Shown one piece after another: positions 1-10,149 of a stretch of DNA of 64,000 nt. The position numbers and the translations under genes were made by a program. The notes beneath the pieces were generated by a model. The model made no database searches. It saw only the letters and a program-made list of their open reading frames with translations, and was not told the DNA's origin. The stretch is from a virus. Position 1 is the stretch's first letter. Each line of letters opens with the position of its first letter. The stretch covers positions 1-64,000 of IMG/VR virus record IMGVR_UViG_3300044535_002275; one strand, 5' to 3'.

Positions 1-619
1 AAGCTGCCATGATTTCGGCTTCTACGTCGATACCATGCATGGCTTGTGCGTCTTGAGCAGCTTCAAATGTCCAGCGTGCCTGCAACTTACGTGTTTTAGC
101 TTCAACAGCTTGCTTCAGGATCTGTACAGAGATTTGACGTCCGCCGTTGCCTTCTAGTGTAGCTGTGTTGGCACCGGTGTAACCCTGTGCTGCTGTCTGT
201 GTTGTTGCTGCGTTGTCAGCACCGCGAGCGCCGGCTGAGTAAGCAGTGGCGATCTTGAATGGACTCAAGGCTTCTTCACCAGCTACAACTGAAGTTGCTG
301 CTGCTGATTGGTCTGTCATTGTGCTTGCATAACGCACACGCAGAGTGTGGATCTGACCAACTGGGCCAGTCATTGGCTGAACACCAACCAACTCGTTGGC
401 AATAACAGTTGGCATGACTCGACGGATCACAGGCAAAATCACACGGTTTAGTGTGGCGATGTTGCCGCTTACAGTCGAACCTGCACTTGCGTTTTCTTTC
501 AGGTACTTGCGGGTGTTTTCTAAGATAACGCCCATTGTGTTACGACGGCTACCTTTGAGGCCTTCCATAAGGGCTTCTTTGGTCTCGTCCCAACGGCTTT
601 CTAACAGTTCTTGTGACAT
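1..619 (-). CDS. gp23: Major capsid protein, T4 gp23-like (N-terminal part; runs off the window edge)
   Basis: Not in the ORF track. Manual translation from ATG at 619 gives MSQELLESRW...ILPVIRRVMPTVIANELVGVQPMTGPVGQIHTLRVRYA...RKLQARWTFEAAQDAQAMHGIDVEAEIMAA, the typical gp23 motifs. GGAG RBS upstream; lies directly after the scaffold gene. Confidence 0.97.
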   Translation of the reverse strand, partial: MSQELLESRWDETKEALMEGLKGSRRNTMGVILENTRKYLKENASAGSTVSGNIATLNRVILPVIRRVMPTVIANELVGVQPMTGPVGQIHTLRVRYASTMTDQSAAATSVVAGEEALSPFKIATAYSAGARGADNAATTQTAAQGYTGANTATLEGNGGRQISVQILKQAVEAKTRKLQARWTFEAAQDAQAMHGIDVEAEIMAA

Positions 620-634
620 TTAAGTCTCCTCTAA

Positions 635-1720
635 TTAAAGACCTGCCAGGCGCTTGATATCGATCACGTTGGAACGGTCTTCTTCAACTGCCTTGACGGT
701 TTTATCACCAGTTACTTCAACCACGCTTTCTGTAAGACTCTTGCGAGTTTTAGGAGCAGCGTCGTTAAGTACAGCTGGTAGATACTTTTCGAATGCGTTT
801 TTCAGACGACTGGTCTGTACGCTTTCTAACAAATTCTTCATGACTTCACGCTTCTCATCGTTGAGAGGAGCCAGCAATTCTTCCATGGCAGTTTCACGTG
901 CTGTGGATTCTTTGATCATGCGAATTTCACGCTCTTTAGTTTCGACCAGTTGCTTTGACTTCTGGACGATTCTTGTAGCTTCTTCTAGCTGACGATTCTT
1001 GTCGCTGACTAATGTCTGCAGTTTGCGGACTTCGGCATTCTCATTGAGATATGTCGAACCAAACTCTGCAGCATACGCTTCAAAAATACGACGTCCAAAA
1101 TTGTTCTCGCGAGCAACTCGGATGTCTTCGTGCAACTGTGACATTTCAGCTTTTAGATGGCTAGCAACAGCACGACTCATCTTGGCAGCAGATTCTGTTA
1201 CAAATCGAGCCTTGAGAGCTTCCAGCTTGCTACGGGCTTCGCGAACCAAACGAACTTTTGTCTCAACGACATCACGCTTGTCTTGTTGGAATTCCATAAT
1301 TTCCTGGGCTAGTGCTTCCACAACAAAACGCTCCAATTTCTGGATGCCTTCTGAGTGAACTTGACGATCTTTGCGCAGTTCGCCAATTTCTTCGGCCAAT
1401 TTAGAAACCATAAAGTCGTTGAACTTTACAGCACTTTCTTTCATTTTGCCTTGGAACTTGACACGATCTTCTGCCAGTGCTTGCTTTTCAGCAGCAACAG
1501 CTTGAATTTCTGCGGTCAGACCTTCTGTTACCATGCGATCTAGGGCTTCAACCATTACTGTCTTGTCTTGCTCGTAGCGTTGTGCATACTCTTCTCTGAG
1601 TTCTGCACGTAACTGTTCGCGAGCTTCTGTGAGTTTAGATTCCCAAGCTTCGTTGAGTTCTTGTCCCACGTCCTCGTTAATGAGTCCGCTATCTAGCAGT
1701 GGTTTAATAGCATCAAACAT
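635..1720 (-). CDS. gp22: Prohead core scaffold protein, T4 gp22-like
   Basis: Long Glu/Lys/Ala-rich coiled coil located between the protease and the major capsid gene. Confidence 0.88.
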   Translation of the reverse strand: MFDAIKPLLDSGLINEDVGQELNEAWESKLTEAREQLRAELREEYAQRYEQDKTVMVEALDRMVTEGLTAEIQAVAAEKQALAEDRVKFQGKMKESAVKFNDFMVSKLAEEIGELRKDRQVHSEGIQKLERFVVEALAQEIMEFQQDKRDVVETKVRLVREARSKLEALKARFVTESAAKMSRAVASHLKAEMSQLHEDIRVARENNFGRRIFEAYAAEFGSTYLNENAEVRKLQTLVSDKNRQLEEATRIVQKSKQLVETKEREIRMIKESTARETAMEELLAPLNDEKREVMKNLLESVQTSRLKNAFEKYLPAVLNDAAPKTRKSLTESVVEVTGDKTVKAVEEDRSNVIDIKRLAGL

Positions 1721-1729
1721 CTATTTCTC

Positions 1730-2353
1730 CTAGATTTTGAGATCTTTGATGAGGCGTTTTACTTCCTCTTTCAAATATCTCTGTACCTTGTTGTCCGACC
1801 CAGCTTCGCGTGCCATTTCTAGCATGCGATGCCCGTGGCGCATATTCAACAAGCCTTCATAGATGGCTTTTGGATAGGCATTAGGCGCTGATGGTTGGGC
1901 AACCACATCCACAGTGACTATTTCAAAGTCACTGACATGTCCGTTTGCTTCGTTAACGTTACCGCTACCTCGGCTCGAAACTCCCAATTTCACACCACTT
2001 TCCAGCAGTGTGCGGACGAGATTTCCCATGGGTGTTGGCAATATTTTCATTTTACCAAAGCCGTTGGGGCCGTCCATCCACATTTCTATCATGTTGATAC
2101 AAACGCGGTCTAAGTTAATTTTTAAATCATCTGGATGATCCAGTTCCCCAAGAACTGAATTACCTGCTTTGATTTGCTCCATAAGGGTGCCAACAGCACG
2201 CTCTATTTCTGAAACAGGATACACACGCTCATTGGCGTTTTTTACTCCGCCTTGAATGCAAATCCCTTTCATATAAAGATCCTTGCCGTCGACACCTTCC
2301 ACAACCATGCGGGCAGCGTCGAACGTCAAGTTTTCTCTTAGGTAAAGAGCCAT
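1730..2353 (-). CDS. gp21: Prohead maturation protease, T4 gp21-like
   Basis: Motifs KNANERVYP, LGELDHP, GVSSRGSG and DVVAQPSAPNAY. Confidence 0.96.
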   Translation of the reverse strand: MALYLRENLTFDAARMVVEGVDGKDLYMKGICIQGGVKNANERVYPVSEIERAVGTLMEQIKAGNSVLGELDHPDDLKINLDRVCINMIEMWMDGPNGFGKMKILPTPMGNLVRTLLESGVKLGVSSRGSGNVNEANGHVSDFEIVTVDVVAQPSAPNAYPKAIYEGLLNMRHGHRMLEMAREAGSDNKVQRYLKEEVKRLIKDLKI

Positions 2354-2366
2354 TTACCTGGGTTCC

Positions 2367-3125
2367 TTATTGGATAACACTTTTAGTATTGACACCTGTG
2401 GCTTGGGCTAGGTGTGGTTTAGTTGCAGGTGCTTGCTTAGGGCTTGTTGTGCTGCCCATGTCTTTGACAGCAGGCGCACTGCGACCTTGTGCTGTGTCAC
2501 CGGTCATTTTGACTGGATGAGCTTGTGCACCTTTGGCACCAGCGTTAGCTGCTACTGTACTTTTTTTGTTGACTGAACCTTCTTCCGAAGTAACTGGCTT
2601 AGGAGCAGCTTTGAGATCAACGTTTTCGTACATGCCTTCGGTTTCTAACTCGTCATCAACAACTTCTTCGCTGTCCATGTCGGGTGTGTCCATCTCGTCG
2701 TCCATTTCGATGTCCATTTCGTCGTCACTTTCATCGTCGCCCATAAGGCTTTCAAATTCAGCCATGAGTTCGTCCAGCTTGTCTTCGAGATCAACAACAC
2801 GATCTTCTAATTCTTCGTCACCGCCTACGTCGTCGTGATGATCAGAATCCATGTCGTCCATGTCATCTTCACCTTCCATGGAGATACCTTCTTCTTCAGT
2901 TTCGATATCGTCGATTAGATCGTCGGCTTGATCGCCGCCCATTTCCTCGATTCCTTCTTCAACTGCTTCTTCATCCATGTGTTCGGATTCTTCAATTTCT
3001 TCATCCTGCATCATTTCTTCGTAGATAGCACGACTTTTTTCTACTACGATGTCGTGAAATAATTCACGGGCTTTGGCTTCTTCATCATTGATTACATATT
3101 CAATGAGTTGTTCAAATTTATTCAT
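2367..3125 (-). CDS. Highly acidic prohead core protein (gp67-like position)
   Basis: Asp/Glu-rich low-complexity protein between portal and protease. Start moved to ATG 3125 because GGAGG lies just upstream. Confidence 0.65.
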   Translation of the reverse strand: MNKFEQLIEYVINDEEAKARELFHDIVVEKSRAIYEEMMQDEEIEESEHMDEEAVEEGIEEMGGDQADDLIDDIETEEEGISMEGEDDMDDMDSDHHDDVGGDEELEDRVVDLEDKLDELMAEFESLMGDDESDDEMDIEMDDEMDTPDMDSEEVVDDELETEGMYENVDLKAAPKPVTSEEGSVNKKSTVAANAGAKGAQAHPVKMTGDTAQGRSAPAVKDMGSTTSPKQAPATKPHLAQATGVNTKSVIQ

Positions 3126-3232
3126 GAGGACCTCCAATGTAATGGCTCTGTTAGATATTTAAGCCAAACGAAATAAACACAGTAGATTACCGGTGTTTTT
3201 GATAGATTTTTGACGATTTTTGTAATTTTTAC

Positions 3233-3451
3233 TTAGGCCAAGGGCTGAGCTGGTGGTGCATACTGTTGTTTGACTTTTTTTATTTTTTCTTTAAACTCAT
3301 AAGCCCGAACGTCGTTCATTTTTCTCAGCTTGTTGAGTTGACGTAAAGTCAGCTTGGTTTTTCGCAATTGTCCCAATGCAGGTTGCGAATTGTCTTGTGC
3401 CAAGTCTTGATATGCGTCTGGCGATCGTTGATAAAGCTCTGTCAGTATCAT
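3233..3451 (-). CDS. Small basic prohead protein (gp68-like position)
   Basis: 72 aa with RKTKLTLRQLNKLRKM, directly downstream of the portal gene. Confidence 0.6.
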   Translation of the reverse strand: MILTELYQRSPDAYQDLAQDNSQPALGQLRKTKLTLRQLNKLRKMNDVRAYEFKEKIKKVKQQYAPPAQPLA

Positions 3452-3459
3452 AGTGATAT

Positions 3460-5286
3460 TTAGCCCGCCGGCGCAGGAACAGCTCCGCCTGGTGCTGCTC
3501 CTGCAGCTGGTTGTGATCCTGGAGCAGGACCAGCTGGAACATTAGCAAACTCATCGCCGCCTGGTTCGCCTACACCAGCCATTTCTCCGCCGGTGGCAAT
3601 GTCACCTTCAAAATCTGCCGGAGTTACACCAACACTACGCAAGTCGCCGCCTTGTGCTGTCGGCGCTTCTGGATCAGTGCGTTCTTGATGCCAGAGTTTT
3701 TCGTTTTCTTGAATTTCTTCCTCAGTCAATCCTAGATAACGTTTGAGTAAGAATCTTTTGCTCATGTATGGAACTTGTTCTAACTGCTGAAATGTACTGA
3801 CCCTAGTGGTGTCTAATTCAGCTTCTCTGTAGCTAGCAAAGTTCTGTGGTGGGTTAAACGCTATAGAGAACAGGCTAGAATCAATGTTGAAACCTCTCCA
3901 ACGCATAAACATCTTAAATTCGTCGTCAAGTTTTTCAATAATCAAACGCTGTAAACGCTCACAATACTGATTAAACCGATATTCTTGTATCAGTGCTGTT
4001 CCAACACGCCCGTCATTCATGGGACGGTCTGAATCGTCTGGTCCAGTGGGTAAGTAGCTGCTAGGCACACGTAGACCACGACACATCTTGTTGTTGAAGT
4101 ACTTTAAGTCGTCAATTTCGCCTAGATTACTGCCGCCTGGTAAAGTTTCTACGCTGCTGCCTCGTCCATCTGCTGTTTGTGGAAAGAAGTAATCTTCGTT
4201 GATGCTAAGTGGATTATAACTGCTGTCCATTATGTGTTGTCCGCCACCGTTGCCACCAGTGTTGCTGGGTATTCTGCGCTGATGAATTTCGTTTTTGACA
4301 CGTTCAACAAAGGCCATGGCCAGGTGACTGGGCATATTGCCCACGTCAATTTTAAATACCCTACGCTCAGGTGCTCGTGCTGTACGATAGATCAACACAG
4401 CATCTTCTAACAGTTCTTTTTGTTTGAACACACGAAAAATAGTTTCCAGCACACTCATGGAAAACGGCCAGTAGTAGTCTAATCCTTCGCTAAGTCCCAA
4501 ATGAACTACATGCTTGGCATCCACTACAGTTTCGTTCATTGCTGCTGAAAATCTACTGCCGCCTGAACCTTGTCCGCCTGCGCCAGCATTGGGCGCAGTG
4601 TAATTGTACGGAGCTACATAAGCACCCGACGGCGGTGTCGATTGATAATCCGTGGTGGTTTTTACTGCCACACTCAGATTTTGAAAGTTGGGATTAATGT
4701 CTCTAATCACATACTGCTCAGGACGCTTTCCTTCACTTTCGTTAACAATAACTCTAGCAACCTTGGTCATGTCGACCCAATACATTTCAAACGTTTCTGG
4801 ATCACGGACAAAGACTTGATCGCCGTACTTTAACGTATTACGAAAAATTCTAAAGATTCTTTGATCTAGTTTGTTGAGTTTACACCACTGCTGCAACTGC
4901 TTTCTTATGATGTCAATTTCATGGTCAGTGGGATCATCATTATAAACAACTTGAAAAGGAACTGTTTCTCCCTTGACTGTCTGAGTACAAAATTCTGCCA
5001 AGATGTCCAAACAGGCATTGATTTCACTGTCTGAATCCATATTTTCGTATTGGTTGTATCTCTCAATTCTATTAGGATGCCCAGAATATACTTCTGGAAG
5101 TCTACTAGCATAATTGCGATATGCAATATCGGCATGTCCACGCATGGGGTCTCTGCCGTCTTGTCGACCGTAGCCAGGCAATCCGTCTGCGCCTTTGCCG
5201 CTGAGAGGACTAAGTTCTCCGCCAACGTTGGCTACTTTAAAGTACTTGCGCCAACCTTTCTTACTGTTATTTTGCGAATCTGCCAT
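3460..5286 (-). CDS. gp20: Portal vertex protein, T4 gp20-like
   Basis: Motifs LLEDAVLIYRTARAPERRVFKIDVGNMP, EDYFFP and GSSVETLPGGSNLGEIDDLKYF. Confidence 0.97.
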   Translation of the reverse strand: MADSQNNSKKGWRKYFKVANVGGELSPLSGKGADGLPGYGRQDGRDPMRGHADIAYRNYASRLPEVYSGHPNRIERYNQYENMDSDSEINACLDILAEFCTQTVKGETVPFQVVYNDDPTDHEIDIIRKQLQQWCKLNKLDQRIFRIFRNTLKYGDQVFVRDPETFEMYWVDMTKVARVIVNESEGKRPEQYVIRDINPNFQNLSVAVKTTTDYQSTPPSGAYVAPYNYTAPNAGAGGQGSGGSRFSAAMNETVVDAKHVVHLGLSEGLDYYWPFSMSVLETIFRVFKQKELLEDAVLIYRTARAPERRVFKIDVGNMPSHLAMAFVERVKNEIHQRRIPSNTGGNGGGQHIMDSSYNPLSINEDYFFPQTADGRGSSVETLPGGSNLGEIDDLKYFNNKMCRGLRVPSSYLPTGPDDSDRPMNDGRVGTALIQEYRFNQYCERLQRLIIEKLDDEFKMFMRWRGFNIDSSLFSIAFNPPQNFASYREAELDTTRVSTFQQLEQVPYMSKRFLLKRYLGLTEEEIQENEKLWHQERTDPEAPTAQGGDLRSVGVTPADFEGDIATGGEMAGVGEPGGDEFANVPAGPAPGSQPAAGAAPGGAVPAPAG

Positions 5287-5323
5287 GTATTAATCCGTAT
5301 ATTTCATTTGTATTACTTATTCG

Positions 5324-8300
5324 TTATGAAGTGTTGACTTGAATTAGTCTGTTGATAGCACCTGTTTGTTCGCGCTGTGCTGTAATCATTTCGCTCAATA
5401 ATGCAGGTACAGCAGGATCATTGGTGCCACCGGTACCAATCTTGCTGACTAATTGACTGGTAAGATTTTCCATTCCGCTAGTAATGGCTGTTTGAGTTGC
5501 TTCGGTTTGTGCTTGCATAGCTTGTGTGATTGCCGAAATATCGCCGCCAATAGCGCCTGGAGCTCCGCCAGCAGTGACTCCGGCCAAGGGGGTCGTTGCG
5601 CTACCCCCGAGCATGCCACCCAACATGCCCATCAATCCACCGCCACCGGCAGGCGCACCACCTCCAAGCATACCACCCAGCATGCCTATTAATCCGCCAC
5701 CGCCGGGAGTTGCTGCACCTGCTGTCATTCCAGGTATTGCTCCAGCAGCTGGCATTCCCGGTGCTGCAGCGGTCATTGTGCTGCCTTTGCCAGCTGGCAT
5801 GCCCAACATGGCCATTACATCGCCTTGCTCGCTTATAAATCTATTTTTGACACTCTTTTGCACTTCTTCGGTGCTGCCACCAAATCTAGTACCGCGTTCA
5901 GCATAAACAGCTTTAACAAGATCTTCTTGGCTCATGCCCTCTTTGAAGACTTTGTTCATAATACCTGATGCGCCGCCGCCACCGTGCTGCACAGAAGTAC
6001 TCCACATCATTTCCTGAAGGCCTTTGTTGCCTTCAATCATTTTCTTGAGTTTAGGATCTTTTAATCCAGCCATTGCAGGATCAAAGCTGCGTTTTTTAAT
6101 AAATTGATGCTCTAAGTCACCTAACTCTCCAGCAGCAGCCATTTGTTTCCAAACGTCTACAGATTTACCGCTAGTACCGCCGGTGTCAGTTTCAGCTCCG
6201 GCTTCTCTTAGCTTCTTAGCAACATCTCCACGACCCGATTGTTCTGCAAACTTTAGAAAATCTTTCATTGCACCTACTTTAGATGCAATTTGATATTTTC
6301 CGTAACTGGTGCCGCCGACTTTATCCCAGCCAACTGTTCCGCTGCCTCGGCCGCCGGTTTCATATTTTTCCGACATTTTACCAAGGCTGTCTGACATCAT
6401 TCCTATAGAAGGATATTGCGTTGCGCCTGATCGACGACCTTGCCTAGCAATATTAGGATTACCAGTAGCAGCGCCGCCAGCTGTAGTACCAAATCCCGGC
6501 ATGTTATAAAACTGACTAGGATCAACTTTAGTTCCATCTTTTAAACGCATTTCGTGATGCAGGTGTGCACCGGTACTTTTACCTGTATTGCCTACAGTTC
6601 CAATCTGTTGACCGGCCTTAATAACATCGCCAGTCTTGACCATGGTTTTATCCATGTGAGCCAGCATGTGCTTGACTCCTGTAACGGTATCAGTGACCTC
6701 AACCATGTTGCCGTAGCCGCCAGACTCTTTTTCACTTAGGACTCTAGCTACACCCGAAATAGGTGCCATGATCTTGTCGCCGATTTTTCCAGCTAAGTCG
6801 ATAGCGCCGTGTCCTTGCACTTTGCCATCCATCATGCGATTGCCAAAGCCGCTGGTCTGAACCATTTTTTCCAAGGGATTAACAATAGTACCAATCTGCT
6901 TGGCAAGAGCTGGATCTACTGGAGCGGTTGGTTCGTGCGGATGTGCATGATCATGTTCGGCTAGAGCTTCTTGAGCAACTCTCTCAGTTGTACTACCGCC
7001 CATTAAGCCAGAGCCACCAGTTATAGCTGTCAGTATCTTGTCCAAAGTAACGTTGGACTTGACCAGTTCTTCGTTGCTTTTTTCTATCAAAAAGTTAGTT
7101 TCATTGGCTGGATTAAACACCGGACCGGCATTCATGCCACCAGCTAAACTACCTAATGAGCCAGCATCTATCTTAACTGGAATTGTTTTTCCGTCGGGTA
7201 ACGGTATTACAGCTTCTGTTCCGTGCAACAATTGTATATGGCCGCTGTTAGGGCCTGTTGCAATACCCCCGGATGCAAATCCCGGAGTTAACAGATTTCT
7301 CATTAACTCTTGCTGTGTTTTGCCGGTCTCCTCATCTTTTTGTTGTCCGGCTCCGGGCAACATGTCAGTAAGGCCTTTCATTGCATTAGTGAACTTCTGT
7401 ACAGTCCAGGTAGCAGCAGGTATTATCTTTCCAAAAAAGTCAGAAACATTCTGAGATTGTTTAAGTGCTTTGCCAGCTCTGTCTGCTTCTCTTTCAAATT
7501 CTTTGTCTTGTTTGCCTGCAATGTCGGTTCTAATTTTTTCTTCAACTATTAGACCGTTCTTAAGCTTTTCGAGTGCATCAAATATTGGACCAACTCTCAT
7601 CCCTGTAAGATCTTCGGCGCCGCCAACTTGCCCTAGTGTTCCTAGTCTTTCAGTAAAACCTTTGCCTATCTGAGTCAATACCTTTTGTGCCAGTACCTGA
7701 GGATCAATGCCTTTTCCAGATTCCATAGTTTGAAAAGCCTCACCACCGGTCAATATGTTTATACCCTGTGTTCCTTTACCTCCCATGAATCCGCCGGCCT
7801 GAGCCAATATTGCTGATGCTGCATCTTTAGCACCAACGTTGCTGAGTTGTTCAGCAGTTTTTTGATATCGTGTTAATCTTTCTATTTCTTGCTGATCACC
7901 AGCTGCTTTGGCTTGTTCCAACTTAATACGGAACTGTTCCACAGCCATTGCTTGATTTTGAGCTTCTTGTTGTTCTTCTACAGTTGCGCCTGTTTGTCTA
8001 CTGACTTTGACAAGATTTGCATAGTATTCGTCGAATGTTTTAGCAGCATTTTTTTCTTGCAGTTGACGGCTTCTGCCCATGCGTGTTTCATTAAGTGCAA
8101 AATTCATTAGGGTTGCATTTTGCGCTTCGTATCCTTGTCCTAGCGCATAAAACTTATCTCTTATGCCAGATTGTTCAATGTCAGATGAAAGGCGTCCTAA
8201 TACTTTTGCTCCTTCTGTAGCCCCACCAGCAAACATAGCTAGATTTTTGCTGTTACTGGCTAGAAAAGTTGAAAATTGTTCTAGGTTTTCAGTTGAATAA

Positions 8301-9049
8301 TTAAGTTGAAAAGCTAAACTTCTTAAACCATCAAGACTGCCAACGGCACCAACACCAGCAGCTGATAACTTTTGATATGTTGCTAATTCTTTCTGCGCTT
8401 GTTTAGCTGCTGCTACTCCTAAATCTAAGAGTATTTTACCAAAAAAAACCACGCCTTTTGTAGCTGGGCCGCCTACTGCTGCTGCAAAATCCAGCACAGG
8501 TTTAGACGAACTGGCTATATTTTCTGCAAAGTCGCCAACACCGCCAGATCCTTGTCTTATTAAAGAACCTAATTTACCAAAGCTTGCTCCTAATTCTGCT
8601 GCAGACTTACTTGCTTGCCCAAGTATCGCAGAGTTTCTTGCCTGGGCGGCTGCAAATGCTTTTACTCCAGCTGCACTTTGTACACTCGGCGGCTGTCCTT
8701 TTGCTGCTGACGATTTTTTCGCTGTTGATGCTGCTGTGCGAGCTTGCTTAGTTCCGTAAACAGCAGCAGCTTTTTGAATCTGATTTGCAATTTCTCCAGC
8801 TAAAGAAGTAGCAACTTTTTTTGTGTTATCTTGCGTATTATTTGCAGAGGATGTTTTATTGATCGTCGAGGCTGATTTACCGGCATTTGTGGCTGCTTTA
8901 CCCGCGGCTGTAGCCGCTTTACCGGCTGCTTCTGCAGCAGATACTGACGCTTCTGAGGATTTTCGAACGCTGTCGGTTAACGCCGACAAAGACCGAATAA
9001 GCTCGTCGATTTTAGCATTTAGTTCATCTGAATTATTTGGATCAGCCAT
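5324..9049 (-). CDS. Tape measure protein with C-terminal M23 peptidase and lysozyme-like domains
   Basis: Ala/Gly-rich helical N-terminus; GFASGG...LHGTEAVIPL motif; M23 signature HGAID...GGYGNMV...AHM...GNTGKSTGAHLHHE; then MSEKYETGG...SYGKYQI...WSTSVQHG. Confidence 0.8.
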   Translation of the reverse strand: MADPNNSDELNAKIDELIRSLSALTDSVRKSSEASVSAAEAAGKAATAAGKAATNAGKSASTINKTSSANNTQDNTKKVATSLAGEIANQIQKAAAVYGTKQARTAASTAKKSSAAKGQPPSVQSAAGVKAFAAAQARNSAILGQASKSAAELGASFGKLGSLIRQGSGGVGDFAENIASSSKPVLDFAAAVGGPATKGVVFFGKILLDLGVAAAKQAQKELATYQKLSAAGVGAVGSLDGLRSLAFQLNYSTENLEQFSTFLASNSKNLAMFAGGATEGAKVLGRLSSDIEQSGIRDKFYALGQGYEAQNATLMNFALNETRMGRSRQLQEKNAAKTFDEYYANLVKVSRQTGATVEEQQEAQNQAMAVEQFRIKLEQAKAAGDQQEIERLTRYQKTAEQLSNVGAKDAASAILAQAGGFMGGKGTQGINILTGGEAFQTMESGKGIDPQVLAQKVLTQIGKGFTERLGTLGQVGGAEDLTGMRVGPIFDALEKLKNGLIVEEKIRTDIAGKQDKEFEREADRAGKALKQSQNVSDFFGKIIPAATWTVQKFTNAMKGLTDMLPGAGQQKDEETGKTQQELMRNLLTPGFASGGIATGPNSGHIQLLHGTEAVIPLPDGKTIPVKIDAGSLGSLAGGMNAGPVFNPANETNFLIEKSNEELVKSNVTLDKILTAITGGSGLMGGSTTERVAQEALAEHDHAHPHEPTAPVDPALAKQIGTIVNPLEKMVQTSGFGNRMMDGKVQGHGAIDLAGKIGDKIMAPISGVARVLSEKESGGYGNMVEVTDTVTGVKHMLAHMDKTMVKTGDVIKAGQQIGTVGNTGKSTGAHLHHEMRLKDGTKVDPSQFYNMPGFGTTAGGAATGNPNIARQGRRSGATQYPSIGMMSDSLGKMSEKYETGGRGSGTVGWDKVGGTSYGKYQIASKVGAMKDFLKFAEQSGRGDVAKKLREAGAETDTGGTSGKSVDVWKQMAAAGELGDLEHQFIKKRSFDPAMAGLKDPKLKKMIEGNKGLQEMMWSTSVQHGGGGASGIMNKVFKEGMSQEDLVKAVYAERGTRFGGSTEEVQKSVKNRFISEQGDVMAMLGMPAGKGSTMTAAAPGMPAAGAIPGMTAGAATPGGGGLIGMLGGMLGGGAPAGGGGLMGMLGGMLGGSATTPLAGVTAGGAPGAIGGDISAITQAMQAQTEATQTAITSGMENLTSQLVSKIGTGGTNDPAVPALLSEMITAQREQTGAINRLIQVNTS

Positions 9050-9058
9050 ATATTCCGC

Positions 9059-9082
9059 GGTAAGTATACAGATATATTTACC
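9059..9082. promoter_or_regulatory. Palindromic pair of divergent late-type promoters (TAAGTA + at 9061-9066; TAAATA - at 9075-9080)
   Basis: GGTAAGTATA-CAGA-TATATTTACC fills the 45-nt gap between the divergent tape measure and chaperone genes; resembles the T4 late promoter TATAAATA. Confidence 0.6.
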
Positions 9083-9094
9083 TAAGGATTTTTC

Positions 9095-9934
9095 ATGAAT
9101 TCCAATCCACTGTCAAAGTTTTTTCGTCAACCTTCGATCTATGTTCGTTTACCCAGCGGCGGAAAAGGCTGGCGCCCTGGTTCGTTAAACTTACCGGTCA
9201 ACGGAGAAATGCCAATTTTGCCAATGACTGCCATCGACGAACTGGTTTATCGTACTCCAGATGCGCTGTTTAATGGCGAAGCTGTGACAGGTGTTATTCA
9301 AAGCTGTTGTCCTAACATTGTCGATGCTTGGGCTTGTCCTAGTATCGACTTAGATGCTCTGTTGGTTGCTATTAGAATCGCCAGTTACGGTCACAATATG
9401 GAAATCGAATCCACGTGTCCAAACTGCAGCGAAGAACATCAATTTGATTTGGATTTGCGCACTATAATTGACAATTTAAAATCCAGCAACTTTGACAAAG
9501 AGTTTGTGCAAAATGATCTGACTTTTTATTTTAGACCTTTGAACTACAGAGAAATGACTGACAACAGCTTGTTCCAATACGAACAGCAGAGAATTCTACA
9601 GTCAGTAAATGCCAACGAAAACATCCCCGAGACTGAAAAAGTCACACAGCTCAATGACATGATGAAAAAACTAGTGGGCATCACTGTCAAGGCAATTTCG
9701 CAGAGTATAGTAGAGATTAGAACTCCAAACGGTGTTGTTCAAGATCAAAATCACATCGAAGAGTTTATCAACAACTGCGACAGAAACATGTTCAATACCA
9801 TTAGAGATAAAGTAATCAAAAATCGCGAAGAAAGTGAACTGCAACCGTTGACCATTACTTGTCCGTCCTGCAGCCACCAATATCAGCAGGCATTTACCTT
9901 GGATATGTCTAATTTTTTCGTGTCCGCCTCCTGA
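9095..9934 (+). CDS. T4 gp26-like baseplate hub/tail assembly chaperone
   Basis: NPL..FFRQP.IYVRLPSGG, PMTAIDE, DLDALLVAIRIASYG, two CxxC pairs, C-terminal NFF. Confidence 0.8.
   Translation: MNSNPLSKFFRQPSIYVRLPSGGKGWRPGSLNLPVNGEMPILPMTAIDELVYRTPDALFNGEAVTGVIQSCCPNIVDAWACPSIDLDALLVAIRIASYGHNMEIESTCPNCSEEHQFDLDLRTIIDNLKSSNFDKEFVQNDLTFYFRPLNYREMTDNSLFQYEQQRILQSVNANENIPETEKVTQLNDMMKKLVGITVKAISQSIVEIRTPNGVVQDQNHIEEFINNCDRNMFNTIRDKVIKNREESELQPLTITCPSCSHQYQQAFTLDMSNFFVSAS
9913..9919 (+). other. Putative -1 programmed ribosomal frameshift site T TTT TTC
   Basis: X XXY YYZ heptamer four codons before the stop; the -1 frame is open and continuous into the ORF at 9961. Confidence 0.65.
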
Positions 9935-9960
9935 TTTCAGACTCTGACCAGATCGTCAAA

Positions 9961-10149
9961 ATGATCGATCGCATGGAGCAGGAGGCTGTTTCGTTACGTG
10001 GAGAAATATTGAAATTGTGTTGGTACATGCGTGGTGGATTAACTTACAGCGAAGCCATGCATCTCAGTATCAAAGAACGTGAGCTGATTAGTCAGCTCAT
10101 TAAAGAAAATTTAGAAACAACAAAGAAAAGCGGATTACCATTTTTTTAA
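9961..10149 (+). CDS. Small tail/baseplate chaperone partner, probably the frameshift extension of the upstream gene
   Basis: LKLCWYMRGGLTYSEAMHLS..ERELI...IKENLE resembles a chaperone 'T' segment. No clear RBS; in frame with the -1 product. Confidence 0.7.
   Translation: MIDRMEQEAVSLRGEILKLCWYMRGGLTYSEAMHLSIKERELISQLIKENLETTKKSGLPFF

Noticed and set aside
396-2838. Plus-strand ORFs over the head genes (Ser-rich 60-120 aa)
   Set aside because: Antisense shadows of well-supported minus-strand genes, with no motifs.
5590-5800. Near-repeat GGLxGMLGGMLGG in the tape measure C-terminus
   Set aside because: Short low-complexity coding duplication, not an array or mobile element.
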